Shown: positions 26,641-39,359, numbered from the stretch's first letter. The stretch: DNA of 64,000 nt from Tubulanus polymorphus (GCF_964204645.1 NC_134027.1:8774485-8838484); one strand, 5' to 3'. The notes: generated from the letters alone by a model not told the origin. Translations and numbers: made by a program.

Positions 26641-27989
26641 TTAATTTAATTAAGAACCATTTACGAGAGGTGCGGATCTGCACTTTTACCCATAATGGTT
26701 TGTGGCGGGGTAAGCATGGGTTACGTGTGAAATAAGAAAAACATTACTTCTTTGCCTATAACAGCAACACACACGGCCATTTCGATTATTAGTTCAAATT
26801 ATCGCAATATTTTGTCGATGGATTCTGAAAATTGACATGTATGAGTTAATGTGTTGATTGTGGCTGTAACGATATTGTGCATCATAGGTAAATCACGGTT
26901 TCAGTTTATGAATGACACTCCTTCCTAAAACACGGTGCTGGATTATTGTCCGGCTTCTTTCGGATCGGCCGCCGTGCCGCGGGGTCATCGGTACTATACA
27001 GAATTCAAAAAAATGGTTCAAACCCTGAATAGACTAAAAATTCTAGATTTTAAGTTGAATTTCAAACAGGTCGATCGGCCTCTTCAAGTTTGCAGTCTCC
27101 GATAATCGAGCAGGTGCCGTGAGGCCGCCGATCCAGTCTATTTCAACATCAGGACTCACAGAATAAAGATCAATATTATTACTGGATTCGAACCCGGGAC
27201 ACCCCCGTACATTCTTTAAGAATAAAGATCAATAATTACTGACCGTCGTAAAGTGAGCACTGGGTTCGGTATCACTCGATTCAAATTTATTATGAATTTT
27301 TTAGTGGCTTTTAAGAAGATTGGTTTATTGTAAAGGCCGAAAGAAAAGAGTCTAGTGTTTAGATTTACAATATCATATTTAAATTAAGTTATCCTGCAGT
27401 TTACAATAAAAAAGAAAATGGGATTCGTCGCCAACAGCGTAGTGAAGGCAAATACGATTTGATTGAGCAATGCCAAGTCTCCTTCCTTTTCAATTATAAG
27501 ATTATGACATGACATTCGAAGTTTTGCTACTGCTGATTTCAAACAATGGCGTTCTGTTGTATTTATGTCTTAGATTTTAATTATGGTAGGTATCCTGTGG
27601 TTTTGTCAATAAACAATTTCAAAACTGACCATAATAGTTGATGAAGAATGATCATTTTACTTATGAATTTATTAATTTTCAAACAATATTTTATTTTTAC
27701 ATTTTTGGGTCTTTTGGCGTCAATTAGACCCCAAGAGCCCTTGCACCGGGTAACAACTATATACTGGGCTATAAAACTATACTGAAACTATATAAAGTAA
27801 AAGGTGTTTGAAACTCTTTTTGTTTAGTTTATTAGCTACTCTGAACTTGATTAGTTCACCAGTCAGTGGTTTTGATGCTATGTAAACTAACACGAACTGA
27901 CTCTGGCAGTAGACTCTCCTTGGTTGCCAGAGACGATTCGCGTTAGTGTATGAAAAATCCACTAATGTTGAGCATAGCGCAATATCAGT

Positions 27990-28828
27990 ACATCCTCTAA
28001 ATTTAGACTTATTAGAAAATATTCATTGTCTTTTTTGCAAGATTTTAATGAAGGTAACAAAGTATTCTCATAATTTACCGGTGTTAGCAGAGTTAGGGCG
28101 TTATCCTTTGTTCATTGAAGTAAAGCGTAGAATGATTAATTTTTGGTGTAAAACTGTATCTGGCAAACAATCTAAGCTTAATGCAATACTCTATCGAATT
28201 TCCTGTAATCTGTATCTAAATGACAAACATACTAGTCCTTGGCTTTTCAGTATTAAACAAACCTTTGATGACTGCGGTCTGTCCTATGTATGGATGCAAC
28301 AATATATGCAAAGTTCTAGGGCGTTCTCGAAATATGTAAGACAAATTCTACGTGACCAGTATGCACAAGAGACTATTTTCAAAATCAATAATAATCCGTT
28401 ATATATTAATTTCAGGGAATACAAAAACGATATTAAATTTGAGAATTATATTAACCAACTAGGTGATAATTGTGTTTTTAGTTTTTTTCAGTTTAGAATA
28501 GGATCCCACCTATTACCTGTACATAGATTTTCTAATCTCCATATACCTAGAAACGAAAGAATGTGCCCAATCTGCAAAAACTCCAAATTTTCAATTAGCA
28601 CAATTTATAAAAGATGGTTTAGATGTATATAGATCCCTCCTGTAGTCTGTCAATTGTAAATAGTACACTGTATTTGTATATATTGTAAATACTCTTGTTA
28701 TGTTTTTAAAATATTTTTTATTTTTCTCTCGATATGTAAATATTTGTAAACAAAATCTTTTTTTCCTCCACGTACCATGGAAATGGTTGGAGAGTAATAA
28801 ATTATCTTATCTTATCTTATCTTATCTC
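27990..28828 (+). mobile_element. 5'-truncated non-LTR retrotransposon (LINE, CR1/L2-clade-like): 3' end of ORF2 plus tail
   Basis: ORF 27946-28632 contains NLPVLAELGRYPL and FQFRIGSHLLPV...PRNERMCPIC, typical of the LINE ORF2 C-terminus. It ends in AATAAA followed by (TTATC)n. Confidence 0.8.
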
Positions 28829-28879
28829 TAGTATCAGCACCGGACGGTGTACTGGGCAGCACGTCGATTTCAATTTTCT

Positions 28880-29432
28880 CAGTATCATTAATTACTGGGT
28901 TCGAACCTGGGACATCCCTGTACATCATTTATTCAGCATCAAGACCACTCTGAATCAAGTCAGTAAAAACAAATATCCGGTTCGAACCCCGGACACCCCT
29001 GTACATCCTCTTTTTATCATCAGGACCACTCTTAAGTCAGTAATTACTGGGTTCGAACCCGGGACACCCCTGTACATCCTCTATATAGCATCAGAACCAC
29101 TCTGAATCAGTATCAGTAATTACTGGGTTTCGAACCTGGGACGCCCATGTACATCTTTCTGCATCAGGACCACTCAGAATCAGTATCAGTAATTAATTTC
29201 ACCTTAGTGTCCGTTGTACACTAGGATCGTAGAGCAACAGAGATCACTGCGGAGACAGCCACACTACAGGACTTGGTGAATAATTACTGGGTTCGAACCC
29301 GGGACACCCCTATACATAGTTTATTCAGCGTCAGTACCACTCTGAATCAGTATCAGTAATTGCCAGGTTCGAACCCGGGACATCCTTCATTCTCCACAAA
29401 GCACCAGGACCACTGATTTAGTATCAGTAAAT
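28880..29432 (-). repeat. Tandem array of ~65-80-bp tRNA-like units
   Basis: Six units with GGGTTCGAACCCGGGACACCCCTGTACAT...GCATCAGGACCACTCTGAATCAGTATCAGTAATTACT (cores near 28897, 28979, 29049, 29125, 29289, 29366); one more at ~27184. Confidence 0.85.
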
Positions 29433-29900
29433 CATGCTGTACAATGATGCCGCTATGATCGACATTAGCGGATTTTGCATAGACTAACATAAACTGACTC
29501 TGGAGGTAGACTCTCCTTGGTTGCCAGAGATAATTCACGTTAGTGTATGAAAAATCCCTGATGTTGAGCATAGCGGCCATGCGCCTTAGTACCTCGTGGA
29601 GCAGTCGGTTACATTTATCAAGTAGGTACACAGCCTACCAACCTCTCTACGTGCAGGGGCACCGTGTAAATTCTGCGCAGACAAGTTTTTAGTGGCATGT
29701 GAATCATTAAAGGCCTTTCCCAAATTGTCGGTAGACGCTCACAGGGATCGTTTGATACATAAAACAAACAAAAAAATCAGGGTTTATGACGAAATTTCCG
29801 AGTCACTTTCACAAACTGATTTTGATCAAACAATAGCAGCGAGAAAATCAAATGCATTTCATAGGGCTATATAAGAAAATAAATTATCATTATTATTATT

Positions 29901-30863
29901 TCAAGCCTTTGAGCAGCATCTTCTCGCACTTAACACTACGAATGTTCGCACTTCCTTGCCCGTTAGTAAATATATGTAGAAATTAAGTGAATAATTCAAT
30001 GATTGTAATGCCATAGTAAAGTAATTCATGATGTCGATATATTCCGGCTTTTCTGGCAGAACTGCCGTCATTACACTTGCTAGGGCAGGTGGGAAGGTGG
30101 TCAATGCGAAGACAATAGTCATAGTAGTAAGCATTACTGTTATTCGTGCGGACTGTTTCGATTTGTATTCGCTGGAGCCGAAATCTTTACTTCGACGGAT
30201 GCAAACGATTATGATGACGTTGAATATCGTTATGAGTCCGACAGGTATGAAATATTTAACTGTAACTGAGAATATGAAATTGAAACGATGTTGACTGGAG
30301 TGCATGAAACAACCAATTTTTTCAGAATACTTCATGAACTTTAGATTGTAGGAAAAGAGAACTGCGGCCGAACTGATGATCAACAATATGACACAACAGC
30401 TTGATTTTGCCGTACATATTATTCGAGCCATGAACGGCGACACGACAACCACGAGTCTCTCGGCAGCAACTACTACGACAAGAGCGGAACTTGAAAAGGC
30501 AGAAATATGCATAATAAAACCGTATATCTTACACCAATATCCGGATATTCGTACGAGCACGTAACCGCAAACGTAATTTGGAAACGGTAGAAAGAATATT
30601 AGAGACGTGCCAAAATCTGTAACAGCAAGCGCGGCAAGGTAGTTAGCGTATGACATCCGACGGAATCGTTTACTAGTCATTGTCAAGAAACTGGCAAAGT
30701 TTCCAACAAGACCTTGAAAAAATATAGAAGGCGACGCGACTAACACGAACAACCTCAGAGATGACCACCTGGCAACTTTTATCGGTAAAATTTCGAAGAC
30801 TACCGATTCCATAAATGGCTTGTGTACATTAGCGAGGCTGTCCCGAATAGTTGTATTCATCAT
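29901..30863 (-). CDS. Class A orphan peptide-receptor-like GPCR, single exon (~320 aa; likely start MMNTT at 30863, ORF open to 30917)
   Basis: TM1 GLVGNFASF, TM2 YLAALAVTDF, TM3 VVVAAERLVVVVSPF, ICTAKS, TM6 ITVMLTTMTIVFALTTFP, TM7 LNYSLNFYIYLLTGKEVR. Confidence 0.88.
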   Translation of the reverse strand: MMNTTIRDSLANVHKPFMESVVFEILPIKVARWSSLRLFVLVASPSIFFQGLVGNFASFLTMTSKRFRRMSYANYLAALAVTDFGTSLIFFLPFPNYVCGYVLVRISGYWCKIYGFIMHISAFSSSALVVVVAAERLVVVVSPFMARIICTAKSSCCVILLIISSAAVLFSYNLKFMKYSEKIGCFMHSSQHRFNFIFSVTVKYFIPVGLITIFNVIIIVCIRRSKDFGSSEYKSKQSARITVMLTTMTIVFALTTFPPALASVMTAVLPEKPEYIDIMNYFTMALQSLNYSLNFYIYLLTGKEVRTFVVLSARRCCSKA

Positions 30864-31402
30864 GCCTGGCTTTAGACACCGAAACATTCCAACTGAGATA
30901 TACGAGCGTATATGCAAAGGAGATTACTTAAATTAGCTTCTGATTCGCGACAAAATGTACCGACGTAATAATAATGAATAAATTTAGTTCGGATAGATTT
31001 ATAAATGCATGTGTTACCTGAATCGATTTACTTTGCATAACGGATGCGAAAAAATAAAAGCATACGTCAGCTGCTGTCAAATAACGAAAATAGAACCTGC
31101 GATAGCTATATCAACGTGGGACACACTAACGACTTTTGGTTATATCATACACCATAATTGGTATTCTTTAGCGCAACTCGGGCTTCCCATCGATTCCAAA
31201 AATTATGCCTGATTTTGTACCAAGATTTTGTACCAAGATATTAATTCTTTCAGACTAGTAGGCCTACTTTAAAAGTTTGACTTTTCTCCTATATTTATTT
31301 ATGCATTGAGTAATACATGTACAAAAGAATGTGATCTAACCCACAATTAAGAGTGACAAGTTTTTAACTTATAAGAATCCATTCGAAATTGAAAATGTTC
31401 GG

Positions 31403-31482
31403 TCGCGCGAGAAAATCAAAAGTTTTGAATTCTCGCGCGAGAAAACCAAAATTTTTGAATTCTTGCGCGAGAAAACCAAAAA
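31403..31482. repeat. ~30-bp tandem repeat, probably a transposon remnant
   Basis: GCGCGAGAAAA(T/C)CAAAA..TTTGAATTCT repeated about 2.5 times. Confidence 0.75.
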
Positions 31483-31552
31483 ACGGACCAACGTGAAAAT
31501 TTTTTATCGTTGCTTTTGCCGTACAGAAATTTTTTTAGTATGGGCCGAATCA

Positions 31553-31918
31553 GCCACCGAAACGGCAAATGCGTTCATGATAAAACCGCATATCTCGCAC
31601 CAGTACCCGGTTATACGCACACGCACGAATCCGCATACGTAATTTGGGAACGGAAGGGAAAATGCCAATGAGCAACCGAAATCTGTAACGGCAAGCGCGG
31701 CAAGGTAGTTGGCGTATGACATCCGGCGAAATCATTTGAAAAACTGGCCGCATTTCCAATGACACCTTGAAAAAATATCAAAAACGGTATCGCGATTATC
31801 ATGAATAATCGCGCTATGGCCACTGGGCAACTTTCAACGGCAATATCCCAAAGATGACCGATTCGATAAACGGTTTGTCGATATTAGCGAAGTTGCTCCG
31901 TCCAGTCGTGTTGACCAT
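31553..31918 (-). pseudogene. Truncated, frameshifted paralogue of the adjacent GPCR (N-terminus to TM3)
   Basis: MVNTTGRSNFANIDKPFIESVIFGILP, FFQGVIGNAASF and MSYANYLAALAVTDFGCSL..PFPNYVCGFV align with the 29901-30863 protein but lie in different frames. Similarity stops in TM3. Confidence 0.85.
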
Positions 31919-34568
31919 CTCTGGTGTAAGATGTATCTTCAGAAAGGATGGATTCAACGCAACAATCACTTGCACGAAGATAGAATTCTACGCACAAATT
32001 TAATGATTTTCTGATTTACTATGCCGGTTATATAAAGACGTCCTTGGTAGATGAGAGGAAATTTTCACTAATAACACCGGATCGTTGTGAATGCACTGAT
32101 GCACTACGGTAATATATTACATTCAGTTTATTACTATTCTATTCTATTCATTTTCAGTATGTAATACAGCTATTAACAAAAATAACTATTTGCACAAGGG
32201 AAGAAAACTATCTTTATCTATGTCATTGACTTGATGCGACCGCTAGATATATCCTATCTAGGCAAATATCACAACGCAAAGTACTGCCTGCCTAGATCCG
32301 ACACTTATGGCCAGTAGATCGAAGTCGGTCCTTGATTCTTGCGCACTGGTGTCCGTCAAAATCGTTTAGTACACACCATCCGTTTACCCACGGGTTGTCA
32401 GTGCGTATCTGGTGAAACCACGGGGTTGCTCTTACTAACTAGCTACGTAGGAAAGTATATAGGTTAGTAGGGTGTATAGGAGGGTAGGGTGTCGGTCAAG
32501 ACTTCCACAAAAACGTTTGAACAGCCCCAAAACAGCAATGGATGTCAAGTCCATAGCAACAAGGAAGAAAACACTATACATTCGTCGTAACCTATATAAA
32601 AAATCTACTGGACCACTACGTCTTTATTTTCAACAACAAAAATATAACACAGATGACAAAATAATAATACGTATAATATATTTTCAAATTGAAAATTTGA
32701 CCGAACATAAATAGAACAGGGTCATTCGGTGGGTTCTTAGATTGATTTCAAACTGATATGCTGCGCTGTACCATCCTCGCTTGCTAGGGGTAATCAAACT
32801 CTGGCTAGTGAGGATGCCCTGGAGGATGCATTGTGCGAAAATCGTCCTTGATGAAGCTATAGAGGTTATGCATGTGACGTCACAGCACGTCATATTGGCT
32901 GTAAAAAAAACACGAACGTGACGCCCCATACGTAACTTCAATCTCCATCATTTTACATTAAAATCGAAATTAACATTTCTCAGTTAAGAGGTGTCTGGGA
33001 CTAGAATGAGACCAAACGAAACAGAGATTTAACAGGAACACGTAGCTGTCACATATCACGCACACTGTGTAAACCGAATAGACGAGTTCTCTGCAAAAAT
33101 ATGAAGAAAATTCTATAGTTTTTTTTTCTGTAACAAAACATGTTTTATTATCATTCTTCATATTATACTAATAACAACGATAAAACATTTAAACACTGTT
33201 GTTCAATTATTGTTACAAAGTGAAGGCAAACAAATGAGACAAAGGGGTATCAGGAAAATACACGTAGTAATTTCATAATCTGAAAATGTCAGGAATTATT
33301 AGATAGCAAGTTTAGAGTTTCATAAATGGTTGTTTGCTGAATACAGAAAGAAATGTTCTATTATTCCTTAAATAGGGTACAAACGTTATGTGTGAGTTAA
33401 GAACAAAGAATGTCAAAATAAGTTACGTTTAAGGTTAAACCATATCACATAAACACTACCATTCGTACATTATTTTTCTAATGTTATTCTGTTGAGCCGG
33501 CTGCATTATATCCATGTGGTGGTATTATCGATATTCTATGAATGAAACTGGCTCAAATATTCCTAACTTCCGAGCGAAAACACAAAATAAATTGACGCAG
33601 CTGTTCAAGACGATTTGTATTCGATTTTCTTTTTTAACAATTTTTTACAATTCCACAACAGTAAAGTACAATATTATAGCTGTCCTCAACAGATCTTGTC
33701 GAATATTTCAGCTGCCTCAATGAACACAGGTTAGATGGCTATCAAAATTTTTAGGAAGCAATGAATTTAAAGTACATGCATTAGGCATTCTTATTACGGC
33801 AACTAGCAAATTACAAATATTTCCCAGTTTGGAGACAATGATCTTCTGAAATGGCCCAATATATTTGTAGTTTACTTGTGTATACTAGTGTACAATACCG
33901 GTATCCTCTAAGCCAATAAAGTGCGAACAAAAATCATTTTTTCCAGAAGGAAGACAGTAATAAATGCACAAGTTACCATGAAATAGGAGATCATTTCAAA
34001 TGTGCATCCACTTCCTTTACAGATATTAGAATTTAAGTAACACATCACAAACCAACTTTCAAATTTGGTTAATCTGGTAGTTTCTTTAAGAAAAAAAAAT
34101 CATTTTAAAATCAAAGATTACAAAAAGATCTACAGTGCATGTTGTTTGGTAAAGACTGGTTATGATAATCATTTTGGTTGATAAGATAAATGTAAAATCA
34201 TCAATAATCAGGTGTGTAAAAAATTGGAGACTAACAGTATTTCTAGGCCCAGATTCACAAAAAAAGATCTAAACTCATTCCATATAAACTGTAATTAATC
34301 AAGAAATTACTAGTGAACGCTTTTTGTCAAACTGGACCTCGAAGAATTAAAATCATTTTCTTGAAAATTTTTTCTAAAATTTACATTACCAGCCAATATT
34401 CCTATAATTTCTTATTTGCCAGTAGTTAGTTGATTATTCAAACAGAGATGATAACAATATTGATACATGGGAATGCTACTGTTATGTTACAAAGCTATGA
34501 TTGACTAAATGACTATTAGGATGAATGAATCAGTTGACTAGTGATCGCTGCCCAGAGGTATTCGATGC

Positions 34569-37500
34569 TTACCATTTAGGCATCTTATCCTGAATATCCT
34601 TGATTATAGCCTGAACCACTTCCAGCGACGTGTTCTGTCCACCCAGGTCCGGAGTATGGATCTGAAAAATAATTTCAAACTTTCATTTTGCAAGACTGAA
34701 ACCTGGACTGTGATGAATCATTCTTGATGAAGATTTTACGATCATTTTCAGGCCCGTACTTCGGCAAAATTTCAACCCCAAATATGTTAAAAGTTTTGAA
34801 ATTATCCTATTTGCATCTTATTTTCAAGAATTTTCCACATTCGATTTTCAAGAAAATCGATTCCCCCAAAGACATGGATAGCTACGGGCCTGATTTTTAT
34901 CATCAAATGTCGGACAAAAGCAAGATTTATATACCTGTAATTCACTCATAACTTTACAAACGGAGTCTCTAATGAGCGTCGCGTGATATTCACAGCCGAC
35001 ATATTCCAACATATCACAACTAGCCAGCAACATTCCTGATGGATTTGCGATGTTCTTCTGCGCAATGGAACGTCCTGAGTTACGCGTGCCCTATAACAAT
35101 ATGAAAAGTACTGCATGATCAAATGCAAATCACCATAGCAAATCCTGCCGGAAAAGATGACCACATCTAAAAATACCACCATCAGCGTGACATTTTGAAT
35201 TCACCAAAGACATAGTTTAGTTACATTCTCTTGATGCATTATAAATGCATAGTGCGCACAAAATAATGAGTATCTGGATCTTACCGTTTCAAATACAGCA
35301 TACTGATGGCCCATATTAGTACCAGCCACTACACCGGGCCCGCCTATGAGCCCAGCGGCTATGTTGCCGAGAATATTTCCATACAAGTTCGGCATGACTA
35401 AGACATCGAACTGTTGAGGCTTCGATACCATCTACCAGATGAAATAGAAAATGCTGGATTTAAGATACATACAGGATACTGGTAGAATAGCCACACTCTG
35501 ACATGGAGAATAGATAATACCCGACAAGGATAAACCCAATACATGTATTATACAAATTTCATAACATTAAAAGCGAATTTTATTTATCAAAAATCATTCA
35601 GACACAACACTTCAAACTCTTGCCAGAGATTGTTAGGTTTGAAACGTCATGTCAACATACCTGCATGCTGGCGTTATCTATGATCATATCATTTAATTCA
35701 ATGGTCGGATAATGGCGTGCCATTTTTCGGCAGCTTTCGAGGAACAAGCCATCGCCGAGTTTCCTATAATAGTTGAATGAAAATTTCTCGACTAAACCGT
35801 ACAGTATTAACCAAGGGTCGAGTCGAAAATACACGAATCGGGTTCAAATTCTATTCCATCTTTTCTGATAATAATACCTACATGATGTTAGCCTTGTGGA
35901 CTGCGGTCACCCTCTGTCGGTCATGTTTGATTGCGTAATCGAAGGCGAATTTAGCAATACGACTCGACTTCCTTTCAGTGATGATTTTCAAACTTTCGAC
36001 GACACCTTTCACATTCTTTCAAACGGAAAATAACGAAAACGCCGAGATAAGCTTCGCGAAATTAGCGAACGAAAACTATCCAGTTAATACCGACAATACC
36101 GTTGCATACCTCATGTTCCAAGTTCGAGTATTCGCCTTCCGTATTTTCTCGTATGATGACTAAATCAATATTTTTGTGCCGAGTATCAACGCCAGGAATC
36201 GACTTACATTTCATCACGCTAGCGAATAAATCCAACTGTGTTCTGAAAAACACAGATTACCACATATACTACAGGCAGTTCTCAACATATATCCAGCAAC
36301 AGGTTTTGACTGGGCAGCCACCCCTTTTGATTTTAACATCCACCCCTCTGAAAATCAGCCACACCCCTTATAGAATATCTGCTGCCTCTACTACAGTGGG
36401 TGTCAATATTCAATCAATGCTGATGTTGTTTTGAAGTATATTGAGGTTATGAGAAAAATAGAAGATTCCACCAAAATGAAGCATAATTTTCAAAGGCCTT
36501 GAATCATTGATACTTTAGCAACCACAATGTTATACACTTAACAATGTATGCAGCCCCTTAAAAATTTGAGCATATGGAGAACACTGATCCAGTTACAGTT
36601 TACACTTCCCTAACAAAGCTTTATAGTTTTGACCAGTCATTAATCATAAAATCATTTTCGTCAATCTCAATACCGACTCACCTCAAAATGATATTAGTCG
36701 ACTGAGTTAACGGATTGGAAATATCTGTTTCAATATTGCCTATAAAGAACAGGAAACATATTAACTCCAGAAATTACAACTGATGTCTTTTTCTTAGAAA
36801 AGTTTGATCAAATGGCAGTTAAGTTAAACAAGTAAATCAACTATCGCCCCAAGTAGGCTAAAAATTGGAGGAGACAGTTGTCCTAGAATTCATATGAAGA
36901 AGTCCTACAATGGAAATTTCGAGTTAAAGCTGAACTACAGCGTTTCAGATGCAAACCAGTATCCATCATCAGGCGGTCCAAAAACCTTTCCTAATTCGAA
37001 AACCGTGAGTGTAAAAATAGCCGTTTTTACCTTTTAAACCTACTCCATTTCGTTTAACGGCGAGCAGAGCGTGCTCGATGTTTTTCGGATCCCTACACTT
37101 TCTGTTCAGTGGAATTTCCTCGAAATCCACCGGTGCACCGGCGTATCTACAAAATAAAACTTTTTCTGGTAGAAAATATCATTGAGAAGACTACCCATAT
37201 ATCTAATTCATAATCAACTTGATATCTTCGTCTAATGGCCTGAATACCATGAAATCACAGAAGCCCATATTCAAATTAAAGAATGCTTGGCAAACTCAAA
37301 TTTTCTGAAGTGATTGACACATAGTCTTACCTAAAAACCTCTCGAACATGGTTTATTAATTCGGGTCCAATGCCATCACCTGGCAATAATGTTATGGTAT
37401 GACGCCCTCCGTAACATGCATTTGGCAACTGAAATGTGAAAAAGAACTTTGAAGACAGACTGCCGACTGGTATACATTCAGTGTTTTAAGAATGTTCCAA

Positions 37501-38269
37501 AGAAAGTTACTCATCTTTCACAAGTACTCAATAGAATAGAGCGTTATGGAAAACTGAAGTGTCCCTATACCAGGTACCTGTTCTACAAGGGGGAATTACG
37601 CCAATGACACCATTTGTTCAACTTACCGAAGCAGCATGGCTGTATCTTCTATCATGTTGAGCAGTTGAACTGACAGGTATCTGAAAGAATTGAACAAACA
37701 TTTCACCAGAAATAAAAGAATAAATATAACATAGCAATGAATGCGTCTGGTTTTTAGCTATGTTCTTGGAATAATAAGGCCCAAGGGGTAACCTAGTCCT
37801 AGAGAAGTTTGATCTACCTGATTGTCGGTAGTAAGCTTTTAGAATAAGATGGGTTAACATGAAAACTTTTATAAACTGAATGAATCCGATTATTTTTGTG
37901 GTCATAACCAACCTACAACTTAGCGATTGAATGGTCTGGAACAATGATTTGTTATTAAATAGATTGCATCAATCACGAGAGGTGCGGATCTGCACTTTTA
38001 CCGTTGAATGTGGAAACCAATAAAGTAAACGGTGCTGTGGTAGTGTGAATAAAAAGCTTGAATTTGACTTGTCAGCCGACGTTCTCCGAAATCAGGGCAC
38101 TGGCACAAGTATCTCCGCATTTCACGGCACCTATTTCGGTCATTGTCAATAAAGTTAAAACAAAAATTTTTTTTTGAAAAGGTCTTACGGCTGATTGGAA
38201 AGGTGACTGTCTCACAATTTGATGCAGAGTCCTGCTAAAGTTCGACGAAAATTTCATGAGGGTTGCCAT
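34569..38269 (-). CDS. IDH3G: NAD-dependent isocitrate dehydrogenase subunit gamma, mitochondrial (~390 aa)
   Basis: Exons 38269-38189, 37680-37627, 37428-37331, 37146-37031, 36739-36682, 36242-36110, 36015-35882, 35763-35661, 35431-35285, 35090-34935, 34661-34569. Motifs [81 protein letters not shown] matches the gamma subunit; the N-terminus resembles a transit peptide. Confidence 0.95.
37960..38002 (-). mobile_element. Solo terminus of the Mutator-like MITE at 25664
   Basis: Reverse complement GGTAAAAGTGCAGATCCGCACCTCTCGTGATTGATGCAATCTA matches the left end at 25664-25706. Confidence 0.8.
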
Positions 38270-38870
38270 TGTAACTTACTAATATTTGGTCAGCGGCTGC
38301 GGGCTGGGACACGGACTAGGATTTTACGCATTCGGGAGCAGGCCTGCGGCATCGGTACAAAAGGATGGATAATCGACTCAGACGTCCTATACGAAAAAAT
38401 GATATGAGACTGGGTATCGGTCCACTAGTTACCCCTTCCCTAGAAAATTCTCTTTCAACCAGGCTTGTAAAAACTTACATGACAAAAAATAATTTTCTCT
38501 ATCATCAATTTCCGCTAAACAATTTGTCATTTCGCAGTCGTGTATTTGGGGCATCGTTTGGTGGAAATGATTGTCATCACTCTGAATTGGCCAATCTAAC
38601 CCATTTTGATTCCTGGCACTCCACTGGTTGATTTCGGAGTTGTTCTCTAGCAAAATTTGACAGGATTCGTAGCTGTCTGCGCCACTATTTGTCGCACTCC
38701 GACAACACACCATTAAGTAAGTACTTTTAAAATCATCGGGCGAATAGCTTAAGTTCAAGGAGCTGGCATTTTTCAGTAAAACCGATTTAAAATTCGAATT
38801 ATCTCCGTTTATTTCTTCAATTATTTTTTTCAAATAGAGGTTGTTACCTATAAGGAAAACTAGCTGAGAC

Positions 38871-39359
38871 ATGAGTCAGCATCCTCCACCATACGATACT
38901 GCCATAGAAGGTAAAAAACCGCGGAGGAATAACTAGCTAACAGCACATATATGCTGAAGTATCGAAATTCGTTGGTTTTTGTCAGTTCAGGCATGTAGAA
39001 CGGTCGTTTCGCTCTTAATTTCAGGCAAAACGGCATCAGATGGACCACCACCCGGAGCCGTCTATCAACAGCAGCCATGTGCAGTTATTGTGTCACCCCC
39101 ACCGGCGCAAATGACCGACCCGCCGTCTGATTACCTAGTGTCAGCTATATTTGTTACTGCCTGTTGCTGTTTGCCGTTCGGTGTTGTGGCCATCATAAAG
39201 TCGATGGATACGAGAAATGCAATTGAGCGCGGGGACGCGCAAGCCGCTCACAGCAACTCACGCGATGCTCGAAAATGGTCCTTAGTCGCACTGGGTTGTG
39301 GAATCGCGACGGTCACCATAGCCATCATCGTTCTAGTTGTTTCGGCAATCGCATATTAG
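38871..39359 (+). CDS. CD225/dispanin family protein (PRRT1/IFITM-like), copy 1
   Basis: Exons 38871-38910 and 39025-39359. Pro-rich N-terminus with PPPY, then PPSDYLVSAIFVTACCCLPFGVVAIIKS...GDAQAAHSNSRDARKWS and a C-terminal TM helix. Confidence 0.9.

Larger units (their letters stand above)
25664..26690. mobile_element. Non-autonomous DNA transposon with perfect 28-bp TIRs and a 9-bp TSD (Mutator-like)
   Basis: GGTAAAAGTGCAGATCCGCACCTCTCGT ... ACGAGAGGTGCGGATCTGCACTTTTACC, flanked by CATCATGGT / CATAATGGT (one mismatch). Confidence 0.8.

Noticed and set aside
28880-29432. CRISPR-like repeat/spacer appearance
   Set aside because: The intervening segments are homologous to each other rather than unique spacers, there are no cas genes, and the context is eukaryotic.
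38429-38872. 147-aa minus-strand ORF between IDH3G and the dispanin gene
   Set aside because: No recognisable domain or splice support; it overlaps the presumed promoter/UTR region.
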